The notes below the pieces were generated by a model. That model had not been told where the DNA came from. It saw nothing but the letters and a program-made list of their open reading frames with translations, and ran no database searches. DNA of 45,440 nt. Origin: Octopus sinensis (taxonomy: Eukaryota). The position numbers and the translations under genes were made by a program. Shown here in pieces: positions 1 to 12,132 of this stretch (its first letter is position 1; each line of letters starts with the position of its first letter). The stretch lies in the NCBI RefSeq assembly GCF_006345805.1, contig NW_021834884.1:1-45440 (forward strand). The letters run 5' to 3'.

Positions 1-137
1 ATACATATACATATGTATATATATATATGTACACACACCCATATATATTCATATATATATATACACACACCACACACATAATATTATATATATATATATA
101 CACACACACATATATTTTGTTCTTATTTTTCTTTTTG

Positions 138-1160
138 TAGTTTCAGCTGAGAGCTGTGGCCATGCTGGGGCAGCACCCTTTTGCTACACTGTTATTACTT
201 AGAGCCTCCTCTGAATTGTGGCACCTGGTTAAGAATGGTTTGATATCGCGACCCTCATTCGCATCTCTTGCCGTGAGGTAGGTACATCTGGGATTGTACA
301 CAAGAAGAGATCCAGTTTTGATTTGAGAACACCTACATCTACTTTGTGCAGGTTCTTCAGACTCTTTGGGAGAATATTAAAAAGGTGTGGGCCCTTGAAA
401 CCAAGGCTGTTGCAGTAACTGGTCCTGAAGCGCGTTGGCGTTGCTGGGATCTTTGGCACTATGCAGTGTCGTCCCGTTCTGGCATAGGTGTAGCTTTCAA
501 TGCCAAAGTTTTTGGCACAATTCCTTCCGGGACCTTCCAGATATATATTACTGCATACCTCTCCCGCCTTCTCTCTAGGGAGTAGAGTCTTAGCTCTTTC
601 AGCCTTTCCCGGTGGCTGAGCAGTTGCAAAGAGACGATTTTCTTTGTGAATCTTCTCTGGTCCGCTGTTAATTTCACACAATTAGGTGACCATAGCTGTG
701 TGCAGCAATCCAGGCGGCTGAGGACGAATGTCCTACAGAGGACCATCATGGTTTCCTCATCTCTGGTTCTGAAAGTTCTCAGCATCCATCTAGCCATTCG
801 TCTGCACTTTGTCGCCATCCTGGTAATGTGCACTTGGAAAGAAGTATCATCACTCACGTCGATACCCAGGTCCCTCATTGACTTAGGCTCTGCGATTGAA
901 ATTCCCTTTGGACCAGTGTACCCTCTAAGTTTCATATTCAGTTTTGGACGCTGGTAGCGCAGGGCTTGGAAGTTTTCAGCATCAAACTGCATATTATTAT
1001 CCTCAGCCTATCTGTAAATTGAGTCCAACTCCTGCTGCAGATATGCAACATCGTTGGGGTTCTGTATTTTCTGCGAAACTTTCGTATCGTCTACGTAGCT
1101 CGCAAGGGTAACTATCCGGGCACTTGAGGGCATATCTGAGAGGGCTACTATAAAAAGCAG
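138..1160 (-). mobile_element. 5'-truncated, frameshifted CR1-group LINE (RT C-terminal half plus 3' tail)
   Basis: The minus strand reads LLFIVALSDMPSS..ASYVDDTKV (RT catalytic motif near 1080-1100). The ORFs 459..992 and 229..681 contain RDLG, LSRLD..QLWSP and LERRRERY. The element ends in the tail GGTGCTGCCCCAGCATGGCCACAGCTCTCAGCTGAAACTA. Confidence 0.9.
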
Positions 1161-2900
1161 AGAAGAAAGAAAGAGAAAGGAAAAGAGAGAGGAAGAATGA
1201 AAAACAGAGATAAAAAGAGAGTTAAATGAAGAAAAAAGGAAAACGAAGGAAAAACAAAGAAAAAAGACTAAAAATGAAAAGGAGGGAAAAAGAAAAAAGA
1301 GGAAAGCTGGTAGGGAAAGAGGAGAGAGAGAGAGACAGAGCGAGATAGAGAAATAGATAGATAGATGGAGATATAAGCAGCTAGAGCAATGAAGAGAGAT
1401 AGAAGGATGGATGGATAGACAGACATATAAATGATAGATAGATAGGTAGGTAGATAGGTAGGTAGATAGGTAGGTAGGTAGGTAGGTAGGTAGGTAGGTA
1501 GGTAGATAGATAGATAGATAGATAGGCAGGTAGGTAGGTAGATAGATAGATAGGTAGGTAGATAGGTAGGTAGGTAGGTAGGTAGGTAGGTAGATAGGTA
1601 GATAGGTAGATAGATAGGTAGGTAGATAGGTAGATAGGTAGGTAAATAGGTAGGTAGAATGACAAACTTATAAGTATATAATAAGATAGAGAGATAGACT
1701 GACAGACAGATAAAAAGATAAGTAGGTAGATAGAAAGAGAGAGAGAGATTGAGGGGGAAAGACTGAGGGAGTGTAAGATAAAGACTAAAATGAGAAAGAG
1801 GCTGGCATTAACAAGCCAGAGAAATGCAGGAGTGGTGGGGTAAAGAAAAACTGAGGACTAATAGTAGCGGGAGAGTGAGAAGAAGGTGGAAGTTAAAGGT
1901 AGAGGAGGAGGAAAAGGAAGGGGAAGAGAAGGTAAAGAAAGGATGTAAAGCAATTAGAAGAGGGAGTCATGGAAGGCTTGGGGATCGGTGCTAGCGGTGA
2001 GGAGTTCAATGTGGTGGGGGTAAGTACTGATGTGGGTTAGGAAAATAGGAGGAAGGAAATGATGAGTTTTGAAAGTGAAAGTGAAAGTATGAATGGTGGT
2101 GGTTGGAAGTAGAGCAGAATTGAAGGATGTAGATTACCTATTTACAGGCTAGGTAGACTGAGCTAGCAGTGGGTAAGATATAAAGAGAGAAAGTAGGATG
2201 GAGAAGGTGAAGGAAAACAAGTAAAAGAATAAGAGGAAAAGGAAAGGAATAAGAATATTAGAGAGGGCGGGAAAGGATACAGAGAGAGCAGGGGGAGAGG
2301 AAGAAAACAAGGGCTGGAGTAGGAGGAAGAGGAACCGAGGGTAGGAGTGTGAAGTGTCAACAAGCCTCACTCCCACCTCCATGTTGTTAGTGTGACACTT
2401 AATGTATAGATGAGTGAAAGGAAGAAGGGAAGGAGGGAGAAAGGAAAAATGAGGGTGTGAAAGAATAAAAAGGCGAATGAGTGAGAGAATGAATGACAGA
2501 GTCAGAGAGTGTGTGAGTAAAAGAATAAATGAATAACTTTATATATGAAAGAAAAATGAATGAGTTTATGAAGGAATGACTTATTGTTTGAAAGAATTTA
2601 GGATTGAATAAATAAATGAAAGAATGAGTACCTGGATGAATGAGTTTATGAATAATGAAAAGAATGGGTAAATGAATAAACAAATTTATAAATGAATAAA
2701 TAAATGAGAAAATGAAATGAATGAATAAGTTAATGAATGAATAGATAATTGAGAGAATGAGCAAATAAACGAATGAATTTATGGATGAATGAATAAATGC
2801 AAGAATAAATAGAGTTTGCGATTAACTGAAAGAAGGAGTTTTCGAAAGAATGAGTTTACGAAAGAATGAGTTTACGAACAAACACATGAAGAAATGAAAC
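1161..2900. repeat. Purine-rich low-complexity tract: (GA)n, (TAGA/TAGG)n, (GAAT)n
   Basis: Simple repeats are directly visible, with strong purine bias on the + strand. Similar tracts occur at 3690-4070 and 4600-5210. Confidence 0.9.
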
Positions 2901-2968
2901 ATGTAAAGCCACAACAACAAAACAAAGTAATTTCTTACAACAATGAAAAAAAAAATAATGGTTTCTGA

Positions 2969-3537
2969 TTTAGGCACAAGGAGTATTTGACTGGTACTCC
3001 GAGTACTTGACTGGTTCTTTGCTCTTTCAATCCCGGAAAGATGAAAAGTAAAGTCTACTTCGGAGACATTTGAGCATTGAACGTAAAAGACTGGAGTAAA
3101 TGCTGCAGGGCGTGTTTTCCAATATTCTGACGAAAAAGAAATGATTGTAGAAGGAAGTGAGGATGAGCATCGGGAGAAAGAAAAAAAACAAAAGCACGAT
3201 TTGCGGCCGCAGCGCACTTTGGTTCTTCGCGACGTTACGGCTCTGAAGCGTCGGCTTTTCCTTTGCTTCTAGAGACGAATCCCGTGCGGCCCAGCAAGGC
3301 GTGTTTTACAACATTCTGAAGATTCTACCAGCCCTCTGCTTTCTGATTTCGAATCTTGGCACAAGGCCATAAATTTTGAGGAGAGGGACGTAAGCGACAA
3401 CATCGGCTCCAGTAGAAGATGCTATTATATTTGTATAGACTCGGGAGTGGGATGGAAAGTAAAGTTGGCCTCGATGAGAATTGAACTCTGAATGTAAGGA
3501 GCTGGAACAAATACAGCAAAGCGTTGAAGATTCTGCC
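2969..3537 (-). mobile_element. Two degenerate SINE copies of the family seen at 9933-10697 and 36494-36700
   Basis: GGCACAAGG tail, ACTGGTACT, GATGAAAAGTAAAGTC and GATTCTGCC/GATTCTACCAGC blocks match the reverse complement of the better-preserved copies. Confidence 0.6.
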
Positions 3538-4164
3538 TATCTACCCAACCAACTCAAAAACAAACAAATTAAAAAGAAGAAACTAATGCCTACCCCCCCC
3601 CCCCCACCACCAATCCTGAGAAGAGTGATTAAAAAAACGAATAAGTATATATATTAATAGAATGCCAAATAGACAAACAGACAGACAGGTAGAGAGAGAG
3701 AGAGAGAGAGAGAGAATGTGAGCGTGAGGATTGAGGGGGATAATGTGAGTGAGAAGTGAGAGGTAGGAGAGAAAAAGGGAAAGAGAGGAAAGGTGGAGAG
3801 GAGGGAGTGAGAGGAGTGAGAGGAGAAGAGGGAAGTGGAGAAGAGGGAAGAGGAGGGAGGGAGAAATGGCGAGAGGAAGTAGGGAGAGTGGGTAGGTGGG
3901 AGAGAGGGGGAAAGAGAGGGAGGGGAAAAGGAGAGCAGAAAGGAGGTAGAGAGAAGAGAGAGATGAGAGAAAGGAAGGAAAGAAGAGTGAGAGAGTAGAG
4001 AGACAGAGGGAAGAGAGAAAAATGAATGAATGAGAGAGAGAAGGAAAGAAAGAGTGAGTGAGAGAGAGAGTTCTTTTCTATCATCGTTTACAAGTCATCA
4101 CTGGCGAAGTCTTTTAAAGACCCAAAATATTCCATATACAGACCCAGCGTAATTGGGTACATAA

Positions 4165-4199
<35 letters not shown>

Positions 4200-5219
4200 G
4201 TAGGTTGAAATGGGTGGAGATGAGAGAAAGAACAACGACATCGAGAACCCCATCAACAACAACAACAGTAATGAAAACAACAATTATTAGCAATAACAAC
4301 GAGAACGATGTCACGCTAAACGGCGATGACGATGTAGGGGCGGCAATAGAAGCGGAGATGAGGACGGCGGGAGATGTCATAATTAACTTCTTTTGATAAG
4401 CAACAAAAGATTCTGTAGTTTAGAGAAGAGTGGGGAGAGGGAGAAGATGTAAGGTTTAAAGACGTTCCCAAGACATTATTTTGGTGGTGCCAGTGGAAAG
4501 AATTGTTTTGGTTTCGTGTAGGAATTGAAATCAAGTCGCGAATTGGATTTATCAGGAGCCAACGAAGATTACAGCGGCCATAATTGGTTTCAGTTTGTAT
4601 AAGAACGAGAGAATGAGGAATTGGATGAGTTTGAAAGTATGAATGAGTTTATGAATGAGTAAATGAAAGAAGGAATTTTCTGAATGAGTTTATGAATTAT
4701 GAAAAAAATCAGTAATAAATGAATGAATGTGTTTATGAATAGTGAAAAGGTAACTGAATAAGTGAAAAAATTTATAAATGGATAAAGAATGAGCAAATGG
4801 ATGAATGAAAATATAAATGAGTTTATGAGTGAATAAATAAAAGAATGAGTGAATGAGTGAAGGACTTTATAAGTAATTTAGGATTGAATAATACAAAGAA
4901 TGAAGGAGCTTATGAATAAAAAATGAATAGACGAATAATTGAATGAATGAAAGAATGAACAAATAAATGAGTTTCTGAATGAATCATTTAATGAAATAAT
5001 GAATGAATGAATTCATGAAGAAAGAAATAACGAGTCACTGAGTTTATAAATAGTGAAAGAATGAATAAATGGGCAAATTACTTTCAGAATGAATAAAGAA
5101 TTGAAAGTGAAAAAAATTTGTGATTGAACAAATGAAAGAGTATATATGAATGAGTTTATGAATGAGTAAACGAAAGAATAATTAAATCAATGACTTTGAA
5201 AATGAATGAGTAAACTAAT

Positions 5220-5380
5220 ACAGGAGTGGCTGTGTGGTAAGAAACTTGCTTCGAAACCACAAGGTTCTGGTTTCAGTCCCACTGCATGGCACCTTGGGCA
5301 AGTGTCTTCTACTTTAGCCTTAAGCTAACCAAAGCCTTGTGAGTGGATTTGGTTGATGGAAACTGAAAGAGGCCGTCGTA
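5220..5380 (+). mobile_element. tRNA-derived SINE, 5' part (family A)
   Basis: A-box-like TGGCTGTGTGGTAAG, B-box-like GGTTTCAGTCC, then CACCTTGGGCAAGTGTCTTCTAC. Homologous to 7258-7672. Confidence 0.85.
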
Positions 5381-5429
<49 letters not shown>

Positions 5430-5430
<1 letters not shown>

Positions 5431-6426
5431 CTTGTCTTATGATAAAAGGCAGATTTTCTCTGCCTCCCAGATAGTTTGTTTTTAATACAATTGTACAATA
5501 TAGAATTTCTTCAATTGGAATTTACCTATGATTTTTCGAAGTAGATTCAATTGGGTCATGGCATATAAATTTTTTTCAATTTGACCCACAATTAAGCAAA
5601 AATTCCGAGAAAACTAAATATTTTACGATTTGCCTCTCTAATTTCAACTGCTTCACTACCTCTATTACCACAATTTCTCCTACTTTCACTTTGCAAGTGT
5701 ACCTTCAACCACTATTTAAAAAAATACACAGGAAACAGAAACAAATAAATACATAACGATTTACTCCTCACACAATTTCTTCAATTGGAATTTACTTATG
5801 ATTTTTCGAAGTACATTCTATTGGGTTATGGCATATAAATTTCTTTCAATTTGACCCCCAATTAAGCAAAAATTAGAGAAAACTCAATATTTTACGATTT
5901 CTCTCTCTCATTTCAAATGCTTTACTCCTTGCAAACGTATACATATATGACAGTGACAAACACAAACGTTTCAAACAACGACATACAAACACTCAAACAC
6001 ACACACACACGTGTGTGTTTGTTATTAGTAAAAAAGGCGCCAAACACAATTCACTTTCTCATTCGAACACATTTGCAGACACACACCAACAATTCACTAA
6101 CATATGGTGAGTAGATGCTAGCCGCTCACATTATGAGTTACACTATTACACCAATTGTACTGGGACTGTTGTCTACTTCCCGTTAGTTTTTAGTGTCGAG
6201 GAAACAAAACTTTCTCCAGAAAGAACAAAAAAAAAAAACACTCCTAGATTTCACAAAGGACTTTAAGAAACGATAGGAAGTAAGTTCAGTTGAAGAAAAG
6301 ACACGGACTTTAGGAAATCAGACGCTCGAATTACCATGATAACTCAACAGAAAAGGTACATTGGTTTTTAATTTACTTTCTATCGCTAAGTTTTCGTAGT
6401 ATTAATTTGCGAGCGTACTTCAGCTA
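5430..6426 (+). mobile_element. Possible old non-autonomous Helitron with an internal ~270-bp-period duplication
   Basis: Starts A|TC..ATAAAAG after a TA tract. A diverged direct repeat spans 5504-5652 and 5774-5921. A possible decayed hairpin and CTA(T) end lies near 6394-6427, so the 3' end is uncertain. Confidence 0.4.
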
Positions 6427-6460
6427 TCAATTGTTGAAACAAAGAAATTGTAAGCTAAGA

Positions 6461-6501
<41 letters not shown>

Positions 6502-6679
6502 CGAGCGCGTGTGTGTGTCTGTGTGTGTGTCTGTGAGTGTGTGTGTGTAGGAAGTGAACGATAAAAATATGGCAAGAAGTGGACAGATGTACATATATAC
6601 ATAATACATACATACATACATATGTGTGTGTGTGTGTGGGTGTGTGTGTGTATGTATGTGTATAAATGTGTGTGTGTTA

Positions 6680-7070
6680 TCTCTCTCTATATAAAGCTGA
6701 AGTTCTCTGTGTGCGCCAGGTTTGGTAAGCTTCAACTAACACTATCTCCTCCGAGACCCTGCGGCGCAAGTTGACCAAAATTGAGAGTATGATAGAAGAA
6801 GGGCTGCTCTTCCTTCCGTAGAAGATAAAATTAAAATCGGACCATGTTAACACCAAAAATTATTTTCATAAAAAAGGTGCTTTTTTCTATGAAAATCCCT
6901 ATATTTTACGATTTTTTCACTGGTGTGTCGCCACTTTTCGGTGTATTTCAACCAGAAAAATGTTCACTTGAAGAAAATAACAAGCTACATAATGCAAAAT
7001 TTTTACTTTTCAAAAATTCCAATTCCAGCTGGTCAAAACAAACCCGAGCAACGCCGGGCGATACTGCTAG
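6680..7070 (+). mobile_element. Non-autonomous Helitron
   Basis: 5' A|TCTCTCTCTATATAAAG. The 3' subterminal hairpin CCCGAGCAACGCCGGG is followed by CTAG|T. Inserted between A and T with no TSD. Confidence 0.85.
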
Positions 7071-7099
<29 letters not shown>

Positions 7100-7101
<2 letters not shown>

Positions 7102-7195
7102 CGACGGGCCTCTTTCAGTTTCCGTCTACCAAACCCAATCACAAGGCTTTGGTCGGCCTGAGGCTATTGTAGGAGACACTTGCCAAGTTGCCGCG
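7100..7195 (-). mobile_element. SINE family A fragment
   Basis: Reverse complement of the CTTGGCAAGTGTCTCCTACAATAGCC...GGAAACTGAAAGAGGCCCGTCG block. Similar fragments occur at 25828-25886 and 38885-39068. Confidence 0.8.
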
Positions 7196-7196
7196 C

Positions 7197-7254
<58 letters not shown>

Positions 7255-7257
7255 ATC

Positions 7258-7672
7258 GGCACAGGAGTGGCTGTGTGGTAAGAAGCTTGCTTCCCAACCA
7301 CATAGATCTGGGTTCAGTCCCAATGCGTAGCACCTTGTACAAGTGTCTTCTACTATAGCCTCCGGCCGACCAATTCCTTGAGAGTGGATTTGAAAGGCAG
7401 AAACTGAGTTGGTAGGCGGAAAGAAGCCCGCCGTATATATATATATGTGTGTGTGTGTAGTATGTATGTTTGAGTGTCTGTATTTGTCCCCCCCCCCCAC
7501 CATCACTTGCCAACCGATGCTGGTGTGTTTACGTCTCCGTAACTTAGCAGTTCGGAAAAAGAGAACGGTAGAATAAATACTAGGCTTACAAAGAATAAAT
7601 CCTCTGGTCGATTTGTTCGACTAAAGGCGGTGCTCCAGTATGGCCACTGTCAAATGAATGAAACAAGAAAAA
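7258..7672 (+). mobile_element. Near full-length tRNA-derived SINE (family A) with a LINE-like 3' tail
   Basis: A and B boxes (GGTTCAGTCCC), an internal microsatellite, and the 3' end GGCGGTGCTCCAGTATGGCCACTGTCAAATGAATGAAAC, which resembles the CR1-like LINE tail. Confidence 0.85.
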
Positions 7673-7694
7673 GATATAATAAAAGAATACATAG

Positions 7695-8550
7695 ATACCT
7701 GTAATTATTGGGTGCCTGTCTAAATGCCAGAGAAATTAAGCTTTTCAAAACCAGAAAAGATAAACCTAATTCGAAGACTACAGATCCAAGTCATTACTGG
7801 AACTGTAAAAGTCCGTAAAACTTTCCAGAAGTTTATCTTTTAAGTATATATGAGGGATATTTTCCTTTTGAACGGCAGATGTCGACATAATTTCTAGTTA
7901 ACTAAACACTTTTAAACTTCGTATACTGGTAGAATGTGTTTATAAAACATCATTTTCTCTTGGTTTTATTGAGAAAATTCTATAGTTTGTAAGATATTTC
8001 GTCTGAAAATCCGAGTATTTCGGCAATTTTAACCAATCGATTACCTCCATTCTACTAAAATCATTTGCTGCGTCTAAAACTGAGACAATATCCTGTAACT
8101 AACCCTAAACCTCCCCCCTAACCCTAACCCTAATTTTTTTTCTTAATTGTTAAATTAATTTAATTCCATTGCTTTAAGTTTTTTTTACACGCGTAACAAT
8201 TGAAATAATTTAACAATTAAGAAAAAAAATTTAGGGTTAGGGGGAGGTTTAGGGTTAGTTACAGGACGTCTCAGTTTTAGACGCAGCAAATGATTTTAGC
8301 TCAAAAGAGAGCATAGGATTGGTTAAAATTCGAAAAATTAAACTACGTTAAACAAGCAAATTACAATTTTCTCAAGAAAGCCAAGAGAAAAAAATGTTTT
8401 ATTTTGACACATTCTACAAGTATACGAAGTTTTAAAGTGTTTAGTTAACTAGAAATTGTCTGCCGTTCAAAAGGAAAAGATCCTATATGAGCACCTCTAT
8501 ATATATGCATGAGAATACATATGTAAAGCAAAACATACAAATCTGCATGT

Positions 8551-8590
<40 letters not shown>

Positions 8591-8750
8591 GTAGATAGAT
8601 AGATAATAGATAGATACATAGATACATACATACATGCATGCATAAATGCCCTCTTGATGTTGCAATTTCAATGAAGGAGCCTTGGATCTAGGTTAAAAAC
8701 CAGCTCTTTCTCTATTGGCAAGAAATCCTGAAATAAAACTGAATAATGAC
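7695..8750 (+). mobile_element. 3' end of an R4/Dong-like RLE LINE, interrupted by a MITE
   Basis: Translates as IPVIIGCL and then LQIQVITGTVKVRKTFQKFIF*, resembling RLE C-terminal motifs (P.IIGALG; Q...LLGT..I.R). The presumed 3' UTR continues past 8491 and its end is uncertain. Confidence 0.55.
7855..8483. mobile_element. Foldback MITE (629 bp) with an 8-bp TSD and GG termini, possibly Merlin-like
   Basis: Termini GGATATTTTCCTTTTGAACGGCAGA and TCTGCCGTTCAAAAGGAAAAGATCC. Imperfect inverted arms of ~300 bp. TSD TATATGAG at 7847-7854 and 8484-8491. Internal TAACCC/GGGTTA repeats. Confidence 0.9.
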
Positions 8751-8753
8751 ACA

Positions 8754-8797
<44 letters not shown>

Positions 8798-9013
8798 TGT
8801 ATAACAAGAGAGTTAGTAGTATGAGATGAAATATTTGAGCGGAATTAAATGAAAACTGAATACTGAAGATGGTGGTGCGTATTTTAAATGCAATTGGAAA
8901 TGTGCGTGATTGTAAAACCTCCATTATCCTCGCGTCATACTGGGAAAATAAATTGATTATGTAGACAATATTTTCATTGCATTGTTCGTTTTATTAATTA
9001 AATACGATATAAC

Positions 9014-9088
<75 letters not shown>

Positions 9089-9151
9089 ATATACATACAT
9101 ATGTATAATGTGATCGATGTAATGTATATACGTGAGGATATAAATACAGGA

Positions 9152-9196
<45 letters not shown>

Positions 9197-9932
9197 ATAT
9201 ATATGATAGATATAAATTATAGATTCACATACATTCATATATGTATACAAATGAATATATATCCACATAATATATTACAACGTTCACATCTTAGGCGTGG
9301 CTCCAGCATGGCTGAAGTCCTACAACTGAAAGCATAAAAAGAATAAAAGAATAGATGAATTACTCACGCATCAATTTAAATATTAAAGCTCCTGCGTTTG
9401 AAGTATTATCTCAAAGTCATTTAACAATGAGAAGTTCTTGTAGCTCTGTTAATGATTCGGCGCGAATGTCGTGACTGACGGAAGTGAAACACCCTTGTCA
9501 ACGAAGCGAATGTATGTCGGTTCGAATCCTGCCGTAGCCAAATACGCTTCTTGATATACTATTTTTATCGTATATTATCTTAATTTTTATACTCCCTAAA
9601 AGAGAAAGGTATTTGTTGCTGTTTTTTTTGCCTCCGATATTTGCGTACAAACAGAATCAGGAAACCATTATAGAGCACATATCATAGGCAGATCGAAGTG
9701 AGGGCACGGTTAGAAAGCTTGCAATTGGGTAGCGATGGTGATAAACCGAGTAGTGCTGTTAAAACGGGTGTTTGAGTTAAACCGGCGACGGAAAGAGTCT
9801 GCAACAAGGCGTCATGGTGACTGTAGCAATAATATATTAAAATGTTCAATAGTCCAGTCCATTATGTAGGGAGCATAGGTTGGTGTGATGTCTTGACTTG
9901 CGTGAGACGTGGATTAAATTGAGGGAGGGTTA

Positions 9933-10697
9933 GGATGGTGAGCTGGCAGAATCGTTAGCACGCCAGACGAAATGCTTAACGGCATTTCGTCTGCCATTGC
10001 GTTCTGAGTTCAAATTCCGCCAAGGTCGACTTTGCCTTTCATCCTTTCGGGGTCGATAAATTAAGTACCAGTTAAGCACTGGGGTCGATGTAATCGACTT
10101 AATCCGTTTGTCTGTCCTTGTTTGTCTCCTCTGTGTTTGGCCCCTTGTGGGTAATAAAGAAATAGGCATTCCGTCTGCCGTTACGTTCTGAGTTCAAATT
10201 CTGCCGAGTCGATTTTGCATTTCATCCTTTCGGAGTCGATTAAGTAAGTACCAGTTACGCACTGAGGTCGATGTAATCGACTTAATCCGTTTGTCTGTCC
10301 TTGTTTGTCCTCTCTGTGTTTAGCCCCTTGTGGGTAGTAAAGAAATATATTATTACCACGCCGGGCGAAATGCGTAGCCGTATTTCGTCTGCCGTTACGT
10401 TCTGAGTTCAAATTCTGCCGAGGTCGACTTTGCCTTTCATCCTTTCGGGGTCGATAAATAAAGTACCAGTTACGCACTGGGGTCGATATAATCGACTTAA
10501 TCCGTTTGTCTGTCCTTGTTTGTCCTCTCTGTTTAGCCCCTTGTGGGTAGTAAAAAAATAGACATTTCGTCTTCCGTTACGTTCTGAGGTCAAATTCTGC
10601 CGAGGTCGACTTTGCCTTTCGGGATCGATTAAATAAGTACCAGTTAGGCACTAGGGTCAATGTAATCGACTTAATCCCTTTATCTGTCCTTGTTTGT
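9933..10697 (+). mobile_element. Head-to-tail array of four SINE family B units (~185-210 bp period)
   Basis: The block TTTCGTCTGCCGTTACGTTCTGAGTTCAAATT..GTCGACTTTGCCTTTCATCC..AGTACCAGTT..GTCGATGTAATCGAC occurs four times. Only the first unit has the complete head. Confidence 0.9.
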
Positions 10698-11027
10698 CAT
10701 CCGCTTCTCTCGTCCCTGTCTTTCAGATTCCAGAGGCAGGACGAGGTCAATATCACTAGAAATAGGTCGGGATGAAGCGGATGGCCACATTGACAATCGT
10801 GTCTCACTGTACCCTGTCCACTCTACACAAAGCTTGCCGGTCCACCTTCCCGTTCGACCGCAGTCCGCGGAGTCCAGTCTTCACATGCATAGGTAGACAA
10901 GCCCCTATATAAATTGACAGAATGAGAGGAAAAATTCAAGGCTGTAAATAGTTCTCTTCTTTATAAATGTTCTGAAAACTATTTACAGCCTTAGCATTTT
11001 ATTTCATTTTGTCAATATATATATATA

Positions 11028-11240
11028 GTTAATCCAAACAAGAAAACAAAACACAAAAAAACACAACAACGCGAGGACGTGGAACAAATATAGTATTATT
11101 GGACGCTCAGGAAAGAAAGAAGGAAAGAAGGAGGGTTTAACGTTTCGAGCGGAGCTCTTCGTCGGAAACATAGGAGAAGGAAAGATCCCGAGAAGGGAAG
11201 ACAGAGGAAAAAAATCGCCAACGGTACACACGAGGTCACA
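11028..11240 (-). mobile_element. ~210-bp non-coding HHR-bearing element inserted in (TA)n
   Basis: Flanked by TA repeats on both sides. A highly similar copy lies at 33210-33401. Contains the HHR at 11135-11169. Confidence 0.8.
11135..11169 (-). ncRNA. Minimal type I hammerhead ribozyme (U4C variant)
   Basis: GUUU CCGACGA A GAGC UCC GCUC GAAA CG UU AAAC. Stem I GUUU/AAAC, stem II GAGC/GCUC, palindromic ACGU stem III. Confidence 0.7.
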
Positions 11241-11324
11241 ATATATATATATATATAATATAATAAATAAATATATGCATATATACATATATCTACATAC
11301 CTACAAATATATGGATATATACAT

Positions 11325-11480
11325 GCATATATGGGTACAGGACATAGAAAAAAAAACGTTGAACACAATGAGAAACGAAAACATAAAAACAAAAACATAG
11401 AAACGAACATTTTTTGAACAACGAAAAAAAACCATAGAAGCGATACATACAACATAAAGAATATCCCCCTTCTTCAGTTG
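11325..11480 (-). repeat. Fragment of a dispersed repeat family, related to 18530-18775, 32565-32945 and 34016-34082; possibly Penelope-derived
   Basis: Shares ATATGGGTACAGGAC and CCC..(T/A)TCAGTTG blocks with the other copies and is adjacent to a TA tract. The Penelope origin is inference. Confidence 0.45.
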
Positions 11481-11985
11481 TATATATATATATATATATA
11501 TTTACATATATATGTTATATATTTATATACATTTGTGTATGCATCGGTATAAATGTGTATATATATATGATGATGGACTCGCCCGTGGAAGACAACTTAT
11601 AAGCGTTCAGTGTAACTTTATTTTTTCTGCCGAACGATTTGATTAAAGCGATCAAGCGTTCGTGCCGCACATCAGCTCAGTCCTTCTATCAAATCCACGT
11701 GACGTGTATCGAAGTGATTGCAGAGCAACGTGAGGTAAGTCTTTTGCTCAAGAATACAACTCACCACGCGGTCTAGGAACTGAAGCCACAATCTCGATTG
11801 GTCTAGTGGTATTATCTATGTACATATATATAAATATAAAAATTATATACATATATATATACATATATATATATGTATATATATAATATAGAAAAAGGAG
11901 AGGAACGCTCGAGATGTTAATCCATTTATATCATGAAGTCCTCTGCACAATACAAACATATATCTATCTATCTATCTATCTATTC

Positions 11986-12020
<35 letters not shown>

Positions 12021-12063
12021 GTCTATCTGCCTATGTATCTATCTATCTATCTATCTATCTATA

Positions 12064-12132
<69 letters not shown>

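Noticed and set aside
3127-3145. CTGACGA followed by GAAA
   Set aside because: There is no stem II or stem I pairing, so this is a chance match.
8098-8258. TAACCC/TTAGGG repeats as a telomere or fusion site
   Set aside because: There are only a few units, and they are internal to a TSD-flanked MITE.
9465-9541. tRNA-like 3' end (GGTTCGAATCC...GCCA)
   Set aside because: I could not fold a cloverleaf with an acceptor and D stem. It is more likely a decayed SINE head.
9933-10697. Regularly spaced repeats as a possible CRISPR array
   Set aside because: The whole ~190-bp unit is repeated, with no unique spacers and no cas genes. The context is a eukaryotic SINE.
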